Shown: one piece after another, positions 12,131 through 24,900 of the stretch
How the letters are laid out: each line of letters opens with the position of its first letter
How positions within the stretch are numbered: position 1 is the first letter of the stretch
Source of the DNA: Phyllobates terribilis
Lineage: Eukaryota
NCBI RefSeq assembly: GCF_046119375.1
Contig: NW_027362765.1
Coordinates: forward strand, 389,918,001 to 389,982,000
DNA length: 64,000 nt
Direction of reading: 5' to 3'
Position numbers and translations under genes: made by a program
Notes under the pieces: generated by a model
Database searches by the model: none
Told to the model about the DNA's origin: nothing
The model's input: only the letters and a program-made list of their open reading frames with translations

Positions 12131-12593
12131 AGAACCAGGAGTGGGATGGATCAATTATTTTTTTCAATTTTAATTTTCTTTACTTTTTTTCTTTGCACTT
12201 TTTCCAATAGTCTTTTTATTTTTCCATCCATATAGCCATACAAGGACTTAAGTTTTGTGTTTTTTTTTTGGCAGGAGTTTACCATATCATGTAATAAAAA
12301 TGGGAAAAAAAATCCAAGTGGATTGAAATGGTGAAAAAACTCCTTGGCTTTTTGTTGGTGGTTTGTTTTTACAGATCCGCTTTAAAGAAACTAACTCATA
12401 TTGACTGTGCACCGAGGCTTTGTTCACATTGAGAGTTTTTTTTATTGACATTTTGGAGCAGACTCTGAGCTGAAACTTTTCAGATCTCAAAACTCTTCCA
12501 AAACTTTGAGTTTCTGCTTAGTTTCTACTCCAAAAAAACTTTAAAAAAAAATCCATATGCACATGGCCAGTTTCTACTCCAAATACTTGGTAA

Positions 12594-13022
12594 GGCCTTG
12601 TTCACACATTGCGTTTTTTAAATGCAAATTTTAAGCTGCGTTTTACAGTAACAGCAAAGGCTTTGAGATCCCAGAAATCTCCTGCACACACGTAGATTTT
12701 TCTTCCTGACTGTTTTGTAGACTGCAGCATGTCACTTCTTTCAGCATTTTTCACCCATAGAAAGCAATGAGTGAGTGCAAAAATGCAGCAAAAAAACGCA
12801 GGTATCAGGTGTCGCTGCTTTATTGGTGCAAAAACCTGAGTAAGCTGAATCATGTTTTTTTTATGCACTAAACTTTATCAGCAAGCACAAGAGACAAATA
12901 TAGCCTGACAAAAATGCAGCAAAAACTCATCAAAACCTTCTTTTTTGGAAGCAACTTCTTTGCTGCCAAAAGAGCTGTTTTTTCCTGCAGAAAAAAAAAA
13001 AACACAACTTGTGAACATAGCC
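12594..13022. mobile_element. PIF/Harbinger-type palindromic MITE
   Basis: GGCCTTGTTCACAC...GTGAACATAGCC flanked by TAA on both sides. Related copies at about 30697-30981, 40105-40325 and a right end at 23462. Confidence 0.7.
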
Positions 13023-13480
13023 TAAAAAGACTCCTTGTGCCTGATGTTTTTGTGCCCTTATTAAAAAAATGCATTTTACCCAAACATTTATACTGGTATT
13101 TTTCACACATTTTATACCTGCATTTTTTTTTCCAGACCTTTTTTTTTTTTTTTTTTTTACTTATCTAGATATCTATGGAAAAATTGCATAAAAAGATCCC
13201 TCAGTGTCACCTGAAAAAATGCTGCATGTGTATAGCTTTCTATTTTAAGTTCCAGTATAAAAAAAAAAAAGAACAAACAAGCTGTGTGCAAATACATATT
13301 TTGGCCTAAAAAGTGCAGTGAAAACAGCAGCGGATTTGGTGTTTTTTTTTTGTTGCTGTAGAATTTTAATATTACCAGTCATGTGATTCCTAGATCCTGG
13401 AATTCCATGATTCTTCTTACAACGACAGGATTTGTAATGTCAAAATTGCTACAAAAAATTGCACCAAGAAAGGAAAGATA

Positions 13481-13675
13481 GGGCGCGTTCAGACGTCAGA
13501 GCAAATCCGTCAGAGATTGGATCGCGATGCACGGACTGGCCGCGGGTTTCCCGATCCGAGCGTGACAGCTTCATGTGTTTCTATGAGGCTGACACACTCA
13601 GGTCAGGAGACGCATGACCAGTTTTGCATTGTGTTCCAATCTCGGACTGATTGGCATGGACGTCTGAACGCACCC
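13481..13675. mobile_element. Harbinger-type MITE
   Basis: TIRs GGGCGCGTTCAGACGTC / GACGTCTGAACGCACCC. Same family as 23999-24141. Confidence 0.7.
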
Positions 13676-13683
13676 TGACAGTA

Positions 13684-14765
13684 AAGGGTTATTCTCGTGT
13701 TATTTTATGGGTAAAATTGCAAAGTGTTTGTAAAAATAAGCAACTTTGTGATTTCCTTGTCATTAGAAATCATTGACGTTCTCAAGAATGGAAGGATTTT
13801 AAGTTGTAATGTGTACTGGTTATTGTCTAGGTTACCGGCCACCTCTGCAGCCTATCAGCGGTGGCCAAACAATCTTTTCTATTGAGCTTGTAAGCACTAC
13901 CCTGATGCTGGCAGAGATCGCCGGAGCATGCTGTTAGCTACCATTTCTGCCAGCTTTGGCGCCCCTGCGCTTCTTCGATGGCAGCATCAGGGATCACACA
14001 ACTTGGGCCGGTTGCTAAACAATGTCAGTGGTCTGAACTGTCAATCAAGCAGGAGGCTGGGAGCAGTGAGCTGCTCAACAAGATGCTGGGACGACCCCTT
14101 CAATTCATGAATTTTGCAACAATGGAGGTCTGGGGAAAACGAAATAAATAAAAGATAAATAAATAATAAATAATGGCACAATCAGCCACTTGCAAACAAT
14201 TACACTTAAAGAATGCTGCAACATGGGGTGAAAAAAACACAAGAAAAAAAAGCAAAAAGGTCAGTTTTTCATGCTTTTTTTTTAGAACAATGTGCGCAGA
14301 AATGGTAAAACCTCTTCTTACAGTTTTGCTATTTTAAAGCGCTGTTCTCACTTGTCATCTTCAGCAGCGCACTGTTCCTCTGCCTCTCGGCTTCTTGCAT
14401 GCAATGGTTACTGCGCTCCTGATGATTGACAGTTCAGACCAGTCGCATGGTTACGCCGCTGACCTGAACCATGCGATCTCCTAAGCTGCAGCAGCATCGG
14501 AGAAGCAGAGTTACACTAAAGTTGGATCATGCTCTCTAGTGATGAGCCTGGCTTTAGATCAGTGCTCTATTGCAAAAAGCCTGCAAGCACTGAGCATGCT
14601 CGGCCACTGCTGCTAAACTACTAAGGTGGCCGGTAACCTACACAACAGAAATTCCTTCATTCCTGAGAACAGAGAGGATTTTTGCAAAACTAATGTGGCA
14701 AAGATACTCGTTTTTACAAACACTTTACAATTGTAACCATTATTGATGTCGACAAGATCCCTTTA
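13684..14765. mobile_element. Long-IR palindromic MITE remnant
   Basis: About 13684-13850 and 14620-14765 are diverged inverted repeats (TAGGTTACCGGCCACC / GGTGGCCGGTAACCTA), with AAAGGG...CCCTTT termini. Confidence 0.55.
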
Positions 14766-15871
14766 TGTGTAAAGTTACTTTGAAATAAAACTTAAAAGGA
14801 TTCCACATTCATTATGAGATCTGACACGAGGCGCGAATGTGGGGCTAATGTAACAGTTTGTTTTGTCAATAACATTTTATTTATTTTCTTTTATTTATTC
14901 AATGCGTCATAATATTTATTAGGACTTTTCAACTTTTTCATTTAATATTTTCTAGTTTAAAAAGTGTCCACGCTGGCGCCTCCGGCAAACATCACTGGCA
15001 ACAGAGGGATTTATAGTTGTGTACAGTCTATTCATGAAAGTCTCCAGAAAGCAAACACGGAGGAATTACAGAACCTTACCTCTCTCGCTTTGTGCTTTTT
15101 TTCCGTTCGCATCCATTTTTGAAGTGGGAAACAATAGCGCTTTTGCTTCTGACTTTGGAGATGTATGCAAAAAAAAAATGCTCAAAGTCTAAAGTTGCAT
15201 GTTTTGGACTCTGTTTAATAACTGGCACCTGTGGCTCTATCAGGTGAACGTCCGAATCCTATCTTTTAGTGGGAAACCCTGACAAAATTGCAAACATTTG
15301 GATGAAACAGGGTGTGAACGTACCCTCAAAAAGAGTCACCCCAAAGCTTAAATTGAATTATAGGGACTGGCGGACACAGACAGGAGAGGCCCCTGTGCAA
15401 GAACAATATATGGGCCCTTTGCCATCCAGTAGCTCAGAATAATGCACAATTCCACCTGCTTTGGAGGTACTAACCTCCTGGACCTCTGTGCGGCTGCACC
15501 AACAGTTTGTCCGTTCCTGCATATAGTGCACTTAGCACCTATAAAAATCATATTTGTTGTGTAGATTTTTAGTTATTTACTTTTATACAAAAACAGTTTT
15601 ATTAGATATATACACGAGAGGGCTCCGGTGTACCCTTGGTGTGGCAAAGGGCTCAGTGTACCATCCTCCTCCCCTTCCCTTCTGGTGATTGACAGCGCTC
15701 GCTTTGGAGCGCTGCATGATCTAAATCCTTAGCCCTGGATGCACTGACACTGTAGGGACCAAGAACAGACACAGTGTCAGTGTGTGTAGGAGAGTAATTA
15801 TCCCTCTCCTGTGTGTAGCGGGCACTCTCTGCACAAAGAATCTTCAAAGCAATGGGCTTTCAATCAATTAA

Positions 15872-16103
15872 CTGCAGCAATGGAGTCCTGGGTTCATATC
15901 CGACAAAGGGCAACATCTGCAAGGAGTTTGTATGTTCTCCCCGTGTTTGTGTGGGTTTTCTCCGGGTTCTCCGGTTTCCTTCCACATTCCAAAGACATAG
16001 TGATAGGGAATGTAGATTGTGAACCCCAATGGGGACAGTGATGACAATATCTGTAAAGACGCTGAACTAATGGCGCTATAAAAGCAAAGCATAATAAATA
16101 AAT
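15872..16103 (+). mobile_element. V-SINE-like copy
   Basis: B-box-like GGGTTCATATCC, V-domain, shared tail, A-rich end. Confidence 0.82.
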
Positions 16104-16507
16104 AGCACTATACATACAATATCTGAATTATCATACTACTGTGTAGGATTATTATTTTTTACTTAAATGCATGTATTTGTGGCTATATATCATTCTTTCT
16201 ACTGCTACATCTTATGTGGGTTGTGTATGGAAGGAGCGGGCTCAGGAGATGAGCCTGCACAGCACCCATTAGTTACACAGCCGGCATCTGCCTCTAACAG
16301 CAGTGATTGGAGCTAAGCTAAGCCCTGATCGCTGCTGTTAACCCCTTTAATGCCGCAGTCAATCTCTGACACTGGCATTGAAGGTACGCATGCGGGGGGG
16401 TGGGGGGGGCACCGTTCCATGCACCCATTGCCCCTCTACATGATTGCTGGGTGCTGATGTGTTGCCACTTCCGTGATAGTCTGGGCTTCATAAGTAAAAA
16501 TATTTTT

Positions 16508-17480
16508 TACCCCTTCATGACATGGCAATTTTTTCCCTTTTTTTCAATTTCCGTTTTTCCTCCCCTTCTGCTAAGAGCCATAACTTTTTTATTTTTCTGT
16601 CAATATGGCCGCATGAAAGCTTGTGCGGGACGAGTTGTACTTTTGAACGACATCATTCATTCTGCCACATAGTGTACTGGAAAAAGAGAAAAGAATTCCA
16701 AGTGCGTTGAAATTGCAAACAAAAAAAAAATTGTTTTTGAAACCATCTTCCAAGACCCGAAATGTTTTCATTTTTTGGAATACGGGGGCTTATTTTTTGC
16801 TTACTGATCTGACAATTTTAATCATATCATTTTGAGTTAGATATGATGCAATTGCATTTTATTGCAAATAAAAATGTACGTTATTAGTCGTGAAAGGGTT
16901 AAAGATAAAACAAATCGAATCCCCCCCCCCCCCCTGTTTTCTCTTTTTATTAATAAAGAAAAAATTAAACATATTTGGTATCGCTACGTCCATAAAAGCC
17001 ATAAAGCAAAAAAAAATCAAAGTGCCAGAATTTGGGGGTTTTGGTCGCCTTACCTCGACCCAAAAATACAATAAAAAGTTATCACAATGTCCTATATGCT
17101 CCAAAATGGTTTCAATACAAACTACATCGTGCAAAAACAAACCCCATCACCAGAAAAGTAAAAGCGCTTACTGGTCTCAGAAAACGGCGACACAAACCAA
17201 TTTTTTTTTTTACAAATTTCTAAACTTTTTTTTCACTACTTAGGTAAATAAAAAATATCCAAGTTTGTTATCACCGTCCTTGTAGTGACCTGGAGAATTA
17301 CGCTGCCATTGTTACGGTGAAAGAAATGATGGAAAAACAAAACCCCCTAAAAAAAACCAATGTCCAGCACATGGTAATATGAATAGAGTCATTCAAAACT
17401 ACAACTCATCCTGCAAAAAAAAAAAAAAACCCTCGTACGGCTATCTCGATGGAATAAAAAAATAGATTGTTTTCATGTGC
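16508..17480. mobile_element. Members of an abundant AT-rich long-TIR MITE family (TTAACCCCTTC...GAAAGGGTTAA type)
   Basis: Termini at 16508 and about 16902. The family motif GATGGAAAAATAAAAAAGTTAT recurs on either strand near 7370, 17450, 30060 and 56915; related family sequence also lies at 31060-31900 and 63290-63530. Confidence 0.55.
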
Positions 17481-17781
17481 ATTTGTTTTGTTTTTCTGCG
17501 TTTTTTTATGCAAATTAAAAGCTGCATTTTACAATTCCAGCAAAAGAGTTTCCGCCTTGTTTTTTTTTTTTCACCCAGAGAAAGCAATGAAAAATTAGCA
17601 AAAAAAAAAAAAAATATGCAATGGCCTTTTTGAAGCCTTTTTGGTGAATAAAACTGACTTTATTAAACATGTACTGTAGAAAAATCACACATGTAATCCT
17701 CACCCGGAAAAAAAAAATCATTGCAAAAAAACAAAAACAAAGTGACAAAAACACAGCAAAAAAGCAAGTTTTGGCTGCAGA

Positions 17782-17815
<34 letters not shown>
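17782..17815. repeat. (AAT)n microsatellite
   Basis: About 11 AAT units. Confidence 0.9.
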
Positions 17816-17822
<7 letters not shown>

Positions 17823-17926
17823 TAGAAAAAAAAACGTAGCAAAAAACGTTCATAGCCTGAGATGTGAGACCTGATGAGGCAGGTATGCTTTCTTTGAAAA
17901 TCCATTTAAGATAATCCTAAAATTAA

Positions 17927-18133
17927 NNNNNNNNNNNNNNNNNNNNNNNNNNNNNNNNNNNNNNNNNNNNNNNNNNNNNNNNNNNNNNNNNNNNNNNNNN
18001 NNNNNNNNNNNNNNNNNNNNNNNNNNNNNNNNNNNNNNNNNNNNNNNNNNNNNNNNNNNNNNNNNNNNNNNNNNNNNNNNNNNNNNNNNNNNNNNNNNNN
18101 NNNNNNNNNNNNNNNNNNNNNNNNNNNNNNNNN
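17927..18133. other. Assembly gap (207 N)
   Basis: Run of N. Confidence 0.99.
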
Positions 18134-18484
18134 TTAGGGTTATGCAGCCATTCTGATGAAGATTTTTTTTTCATAGTAAGTACACCAGCCTAATCAGGTA
18201 TAACATGCCTATAGTAATGTATGCAGTTTGTATTGTGAAATCTGGTGACGGGTCCGATCTAAGTCTTAGGTTATCTCTATAAAAATGTAGGTAAATCACA
18301 TTATAATATTATAGCGCTCACTTTAATTTTAGGGTTATGCAGCCATTCTGATGAAGATTTGTTCATAGTAAGTACACCAGCCTCATCAGGTGTAACATGC
18401 CTATAGTAATGTATGCAGTTTGTATTGTGAAATCTGGTGACGGGTCCGATCTAAGCCTTAGATTATCTCTATAAAAATGTAGGT
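18134..18484. repeat. Diverged tandem duplication of about 160 bp (period about 195 bp) next to the gap
   Basis: TTAGGGTTATGCAGCCATTCTGATGAAG...ATAAAAATGTAGGT at 18134 and again at about 18328, with several substitutions. Confidence 0.85.
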
Positions 18485-18812
18485 TTTATGTATGAAATCC
18501 GCCGTGCAAGAAATATTTCTAATGGTTGGTAACCGGATTATTACAGACTCTTAAAGGCAAAGCTTCTGGAGACGTCTGGACCAGCCCACAAACAAGACCT
18601 GGGTAACACTTGGCTTCTCAAAGCCTCCTGAGGACTAGTCAGCTGTTCTGCCCTCTGCTTGTTGTAGCTACCATCTCCAGGAGCCATTCATTATGCTGTG
18701 ACAGAGATGAAGCCTTTGTTATAGCAGGGACCTAAACATAAACAGCAACCTGCATCCAATGTCGCCTGCACAGAGCAACATCCCACCATCATCCATATAG
18801 GAGCAGCCTGCA

Positions 18813-18979
18813 ATGTCCTACGTGCTGGAGGTGGAGGTCCTACAAGGGGTCCGCAATGGCCGTGACCCTGGCAGCTGTGACAGCAGCTTAGATGAGGGTC
18901 TCAGCTTCTCTCCAGATCTGGGGCTGTCCCCCATAACCTGCCTCTCTGGAAACATGGGGCATCTGCACTGTGAGGACAG
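18813..18979 (+). CDS. cdc25d: CDC25-like first coding exon
   Basis: [56 protein letters not shown]; donor AG|GTAACA, phase 2. Confidence 0.75.
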
Positions 18980-21900
18980 GTAACACTGATACAACATTGT
19001 AATGTAATATGTTGTATTATTATGTAACGGATGATTGTGTTTTGTTTTGTTTTTATTTATCTGATTTTACATAAACATTGTAATATTTAATAAAATAACA
19101 AAAAAATATATAATTTTTCAAATTAAATCAATGATGCTATTTACTGACTCTGCCGTCCTGGTATGGGGGGCGCTCTAACCCTGGGGAAATTGCATCTTAT
19201 ATTTATTTATTTTATTATTTAACAGCCTTCTGCTTGATCTCGAGCCAATGGCGACTTGATGGATGAACGATCTGTAGGAAGATCGCTCTTGTGCAGCCTA
19301 GATAGGTCCACCAGGGTCTTCTCCGACGTAGTTAGGTTGCTGGTCTTCCTCTTCGCCTTGTTCCTTCTATTCTTCAGACCATGATGTCCTTCTCACTATT
19401 AATCCGGTGACAGACCTTTTTGTCTGAGGAATCCATTGATTTAAATGTGATCCACTTGCAACCCCTCCCCCCTTCCTCTAAAATAGGCAGGAGTTGTCTT
19501 CTTCTTAGTGGGAAAGTTGGGTGACTTTCAACCAATCCCCTTGCAACAATTTCGGTTATTACCTAACTTGAAAAATCTATGACCAAAACCGTTCTGGGAT
19601 ATATCCTGCAAACCCATTACTACTGGATAGTAAATCAGATTTTATATTCAGGGCTCAAGGAAAGTTGGGTGACAACCAGTATGGTGGCCAGCAGACCTCC
19701 TAATCTGGTTGTCACCCAGTTTTCCTTCCCCATAATGAAGTGATATATCTCATATTTCCTTATCGCAGTATAACTAATCATTTTGACCATTCAGGACTTA
19801 AGAAAAGATGTCACCCAGCTTTCCTAGACTCCTGAATAATTTATCTTCCTAGCTAAAAAGCAATTTAGCACACAGTCCCTTATTGCTGTCATTATTACTA
19901 TTTAGGACTTAAGGACAGATGGCTGACAACCAATATGGTCGCCATCAGAACTCCTAATTTGGTTGTCACCCAGCTTTCCTAGACCCCTGAAAGACATATT
20001 TTCCTGTTATGATGCAATATAGCACACAGTCCTTTGTTACTGTCCTTTTTATTATTCAGGGCATAAGGAAAGATGGCTGACAACCAATATGGTCGCCATC
20101 AGAACTCCTAATTTGGTTGTCACCCAGCTTTCCTACACTCCTGAATGACATATCTTCCTAGATATGAACTAATATAGAACATATTCCCACATTATTGTCA
20201 TTGTTATTTTACTATTCAGGATATAAAGAAAGTTGGGTGACAACCAATATGATCAGCAGCAGAATTAATCTGGTTGACCCCAGTTTTTCTTATTACAGAA
20301 TAACTAATAATTTTGACCATTTAGGACTGAAGTAAAGATGTCACCCAGCTTTACTAGACACCTGAAATAATTATCTTCCTAGTTATGAATCAATGTAGCA
20401 CACATTTCTTTATTACTGTCATTTTTAATGTTTAGGATATATGGATAGATGGCTGACAACCAATATGGTCGCCATCAGAACTCCTAATCTGGTTGTCACC
20501 CAGCTTTCCTAGACTCCTGAATGACATCTTTTCCTGTTATGATGCAATATAGCACACAGTCCTTTGTTACTGTCATTTTTATTAGGGCATAAGAAAAGAT
20601 GTCTGACAACCAATATGGTCGCCATCAGAACTCCTAATCCGGTTGTCACCCAGCTTTTCTTCTGAATGACATATTAGCCTGGATATTAAGGGAAACATTC
20701 ACATTCCCTTATTACTGTATATCTTATCTTTTTTTTATGTTCGCGACTTAAGAAAAAGATGGTTGACAGCCAATATGGTCGGAATTGGAACTCCTGATAG
20801 TGTTGCCACACAGCTTTCCTAGTATCCTGAATGGCCTGGTTATACAGTAATATATCCTGATATATCCCACATTCCTTTATTATTGTAAAAATATTTTTTT
20901 TTTAGTTTCAGACTCAAAAAAAAGAATAAGGTCACCATTAGAACTCTTAATGTGGCTGTCACTCAGCTTTCCCAGGCTCCTGAATGGCAAATATGTCAGA
21001 CCCTTTATTAATGCATAACTAAGGGGAAAGGAAAACTGAATGACACCCCTCTGTGAGCCGCAGTGATATGTATTGGCTGCCACCAAACTTTTCCAGAAGA
21101 ATTGAGGATGACTTCAAAACTTTTATTTACTTCTATTTTCTTTTTCTATTACTTTGGTGGAATGTTTCCAGCATGTTGCTTTTGATTTACAATGAATTCT
21201 GTCCGGATACATCTTGTGGTTTCACGCCTGAGTTACCTGCTGTAGGAATGGTTGTCACTCGGTTTGGGTCTAACCCACAACAATACTCTGGTAATTTCCT
21301 TTGTTATCTTTTCTCAGTCTGACACCAAGGAGAAAGCTGAAATTATCCCCGGACTCCCAAGATGCAAGCCCCATGGCGACACCAAGCTTACGAGAGCCTG
21401 CCATGGGAACTGCTGGACTCTCAGGTCAGCCGCATCACTCCCACACAAAGCCGGCTGATGAAACCCCAGTGACTGCCGCCACACACTGTCACCAGGCACC
21501 GCGGAGCCCAGCAACAGCCGAAAACACAAATCCAGTACCAGGGCTATGGGGAAATCAGCATGCACTGCTCTGCCCTTCACTAACATAGTCATAAATATTA
21601 ACCTAAATCCATGTATTTGGTGCTAAAAATCATTTTTACAATTGGGTTTCATTAAAAATGTTGCACCGTTTGGCTTTTACAGGCTCTTGGTTTCCCGGCA
21701 CATTCAACTTTGATGTGGTCAGTGGTCATATATCAGCTAGAGGAGCTCAGAATAAGACTGATAAAAGAGTGACAAACTCTCCAGTCATAACAAGCTCACT
21801 GAAGGATTCTCAGTTAACTCATTCTAAAAATTGTGCACCATTTTGCTTTTACAGGCTCTTTGTTTCTATTGCACATTCAACTTTTATGTGGTCAGGGAGC

Positions 21901-24900
21901 TCAGAAAAAGACAGATGCTGTCTTTCAGTCTTTTGAGTGTGGGAGGAAACTGGAGAACCTGGAGAAAGCCCATGCAAACATGGGGAGAACATACAAACTG
22001 CTTGCAGATGTTGTCCTTGGTGGGATTTGAACCCAGGACCCCAGTGCTGCAAGGCTGCAGTGCTAACCACTGAGCCACTGTGCTGCCCTTAAAACAGAGG
22101 GGATAAAAGAGTAATAAACTCTCCAATCTTAACAAGCTCTCTGATGGATCCTCAGTTAACTCATTCTGCAGCCAGCAATAGATGTTACAACACAGAAACT
22201 ATGGAAGGGAAATTATGCAATAAGGACGTAATGCCAAAAATGATTTTTAGCCCCAAATACACATGGATTTAAGCAAAGAAAGAAGATTGTCCCCAAAGAT
22301 GAACACCCCCTTTAATATTTCCTTGCTATACATTCTTCATGGAATCTTGTTTACTTGTTTTCTACCCTTTTTTGTCAGCATGGTTGTACATGGGCAGGCA
22401 AGATAAATGTCGGCCATACCTGTCGATTTCAGCAGGATCAGAGGACCACGTCCATCTGTATTGCCGTCTGCACTGTCTATTTGTGGCTGTAGAATGAGTT
22501 ATCTAGGAATCTGTCAGTGAGCTCATTCTGACAGAGAGTTTGTAACACTTTTTTCTGTCCCATCTCAGCTAATTTATGATCACATAAAAGTTCCGCTCAA
22601 CTTTGATGTGGTCTGTGGAGCTAAATAAAAAGAGAGGAGCTCAAGAAAAAGACAAATAAAAGAGTTACAAACTTTCTGTCAAAAAAAAGAGCTCACTGAC
22701 AGATTCTGCAGAAATGTGCAGGGAAAAAAAACAACCTAAACTGTAAAAGCCAAACAGTGCAAACATTTTGAATGAAATTCAATTGCAAAAATAATTTTTA
22801 GCCCAAAGTATAAATGTATTTAATAATAATAAAAAAAAAAATGCCCCCAAATCACCGGCATTTGAAAACCACTGATAGCACTCATATGCAAAAAAAATGG
22901 ATGTGTGAATGAGCCCTAATGTAAATAATTAACTGTATAACGAAATGTTATGTAACTTTCTAATTAACTTTCATTTGTTCGGAGATCTCTGCTTGCTGTG
23001 AGAAGCAATAGTTGTATCTGTTTAGAGTTGCAGAATCCACACAGAACTAGTGCTTGTTGTATCCAGTCCAGAGGATCCTCAGTAATATAATACATCAGCA
23101 GCGCAAATCCCTAAACTGCTTAGGGGAGTTTTTCATTTCTTGAAGCTTTCCTTGAAAAGTTTTTGAAGTCTTTTGGAAGAGTTTTCGTTTCCTGAACTTT
23201 TTTTTTTGATTGGACAGTGCCTAGTTCGGAGCAGATCTATTAGGATCCGCTTCTAAGCAATGACATGCACTTTCTTTTTTTTTTTTCTTCATCAGGTTTT
23301 ACCAAATCTCTTTAGGAAAAAAAAAAAAACGCTCAAAAAAAATCCTCATCTGAACAGCAAAGTGGATTTTCCATAGAAATGATTAGAAGAGTTTTCCAAG
23401 CTGGATTTGGGAAAGGATCCGCTCAGAAAAAGTCTTCCGAAAACTTCATGTGAACATAGCCTTAGAGAACTATTTGTGGGCTCTGTGTAATGCTTAACTT
23501 CCCCTGTGGTGGCGCTGTGGGACAAATGAACGGTTGATGTCAGGTTTTCTTAAAGACTTTTGCATTATTTTTTTTTTTTTTTTACTGCGCAGGAAAACCC
23601 AGCATCACTTTTCAGCAGGTCTCCAAAAATGTCTATCCTGCCACCGTATAATGATCGATACCTTTATGTGTCTATAAAATCCCATTAATGATCATCATAA
23701 CGTCCGTATCCAACAGTTTCAGGTCTCATCCTCTATAAACTGCCATGTTGTTGTCGTGCACTGTTACTAAGTTGTAGGTAAACTGCATTAACTTCTATGG
23801 AGGTGCTTGGACTTTAGTAACAGCCGACAGCCGGACGCTAGTGATGGCGCGATCTGTGGTCCCATGGGTTATAATCTCATGCAGGAAACATCAATAAGGT
23901 CAGGATTAAATCTGGTGAGACATTATATGGCATTATATAAGGGATTTTTGAGTCATAGCATAAGACTCTCTTCGAGCACTGCAAATATTTTCATCTAAGG
24001 CCGGTCGGACCGAGATCGGAACGCAGGGCACGGACTGGCTGGCGGCTCTCGCAACAACTGCATAGAAATACATGAAGCTGTCACGCTCGGACCGAGAGAG
24101 CCGCCAGCCAGTCCGATTTATACGGCGGTCTGACTGCGCCCTAAACAATGTCCTCCCCCATCAGGAGCAGCTTCAGATGTACATAAAGCATTGCTGCCCC
24201 CTTGGCATCGCGCCATCATCATGTAGGGACTATTTCCAGGGTTACATATATTTTATGACATATTTCAATATAATTAGCACAAATGCATAATATATATAAT
24301 TTTTAATATTATGTTGCAGATTTATCAAGTGAATTAACTCCGGTGTTAAAACCACGAGTCTGTAATACAAGGTGAGAGAGAGAGCGAGACACCCGCTGTA
24401 TGTGGAGATACCAGGATTTAATGGGAACCGCAACTTTTTTAGCCTATTTTTTCTTAAAAGGTGCTGGAATAAAAACATCAGCTGAAGACTGCTCGTCTTA
24501 ATGAAGTTTCAGTTGGCATAAGATACCCCAGATTCATTAGGAGGTGTTTGCCTCTCGATAAATTTGGCGTAGCTTTAGGTGTTCAGCGTCAGGGACTGGA
24601 GCTGATTTCTGTCGACCACGCTCAGAAACGTTCCCTTTTGGCTAAGACCCACCTAGTTTTCAAGAAGCTGGCGGAGCTGGCCAAACGTTGCAACTGTGAG
24701 AATTTTGGGGAAAACTGATGAATCGGGGCCATCGTGTAACAAACAGATATCTAGAAAACGTGATTCTGCTATAACAGCACGAAGACGACACCATCTGCTG
24801 ATCTGATCCTTGTGCTCGCCTCCTATAGCAGAATAAGCTCAGAAATGCAGCACTCAACTTGTTTCCACCGGACAACCCCCTTATCACCTATCTAAATTGA

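Noticed and set aside
18134-18142. TTAGGG right after the gap suggesting a telomere or interstitial telomeric repeat
   Set aside because: A single hexamer that is part of the local duplicated unit.
19510-21000. CRISPR-like pattern of palindromic repeats and spacers
   Set aside because: Eukaryotic intron, no cas genes, the spacers are homologous to each other and the repeats are too long and variable.
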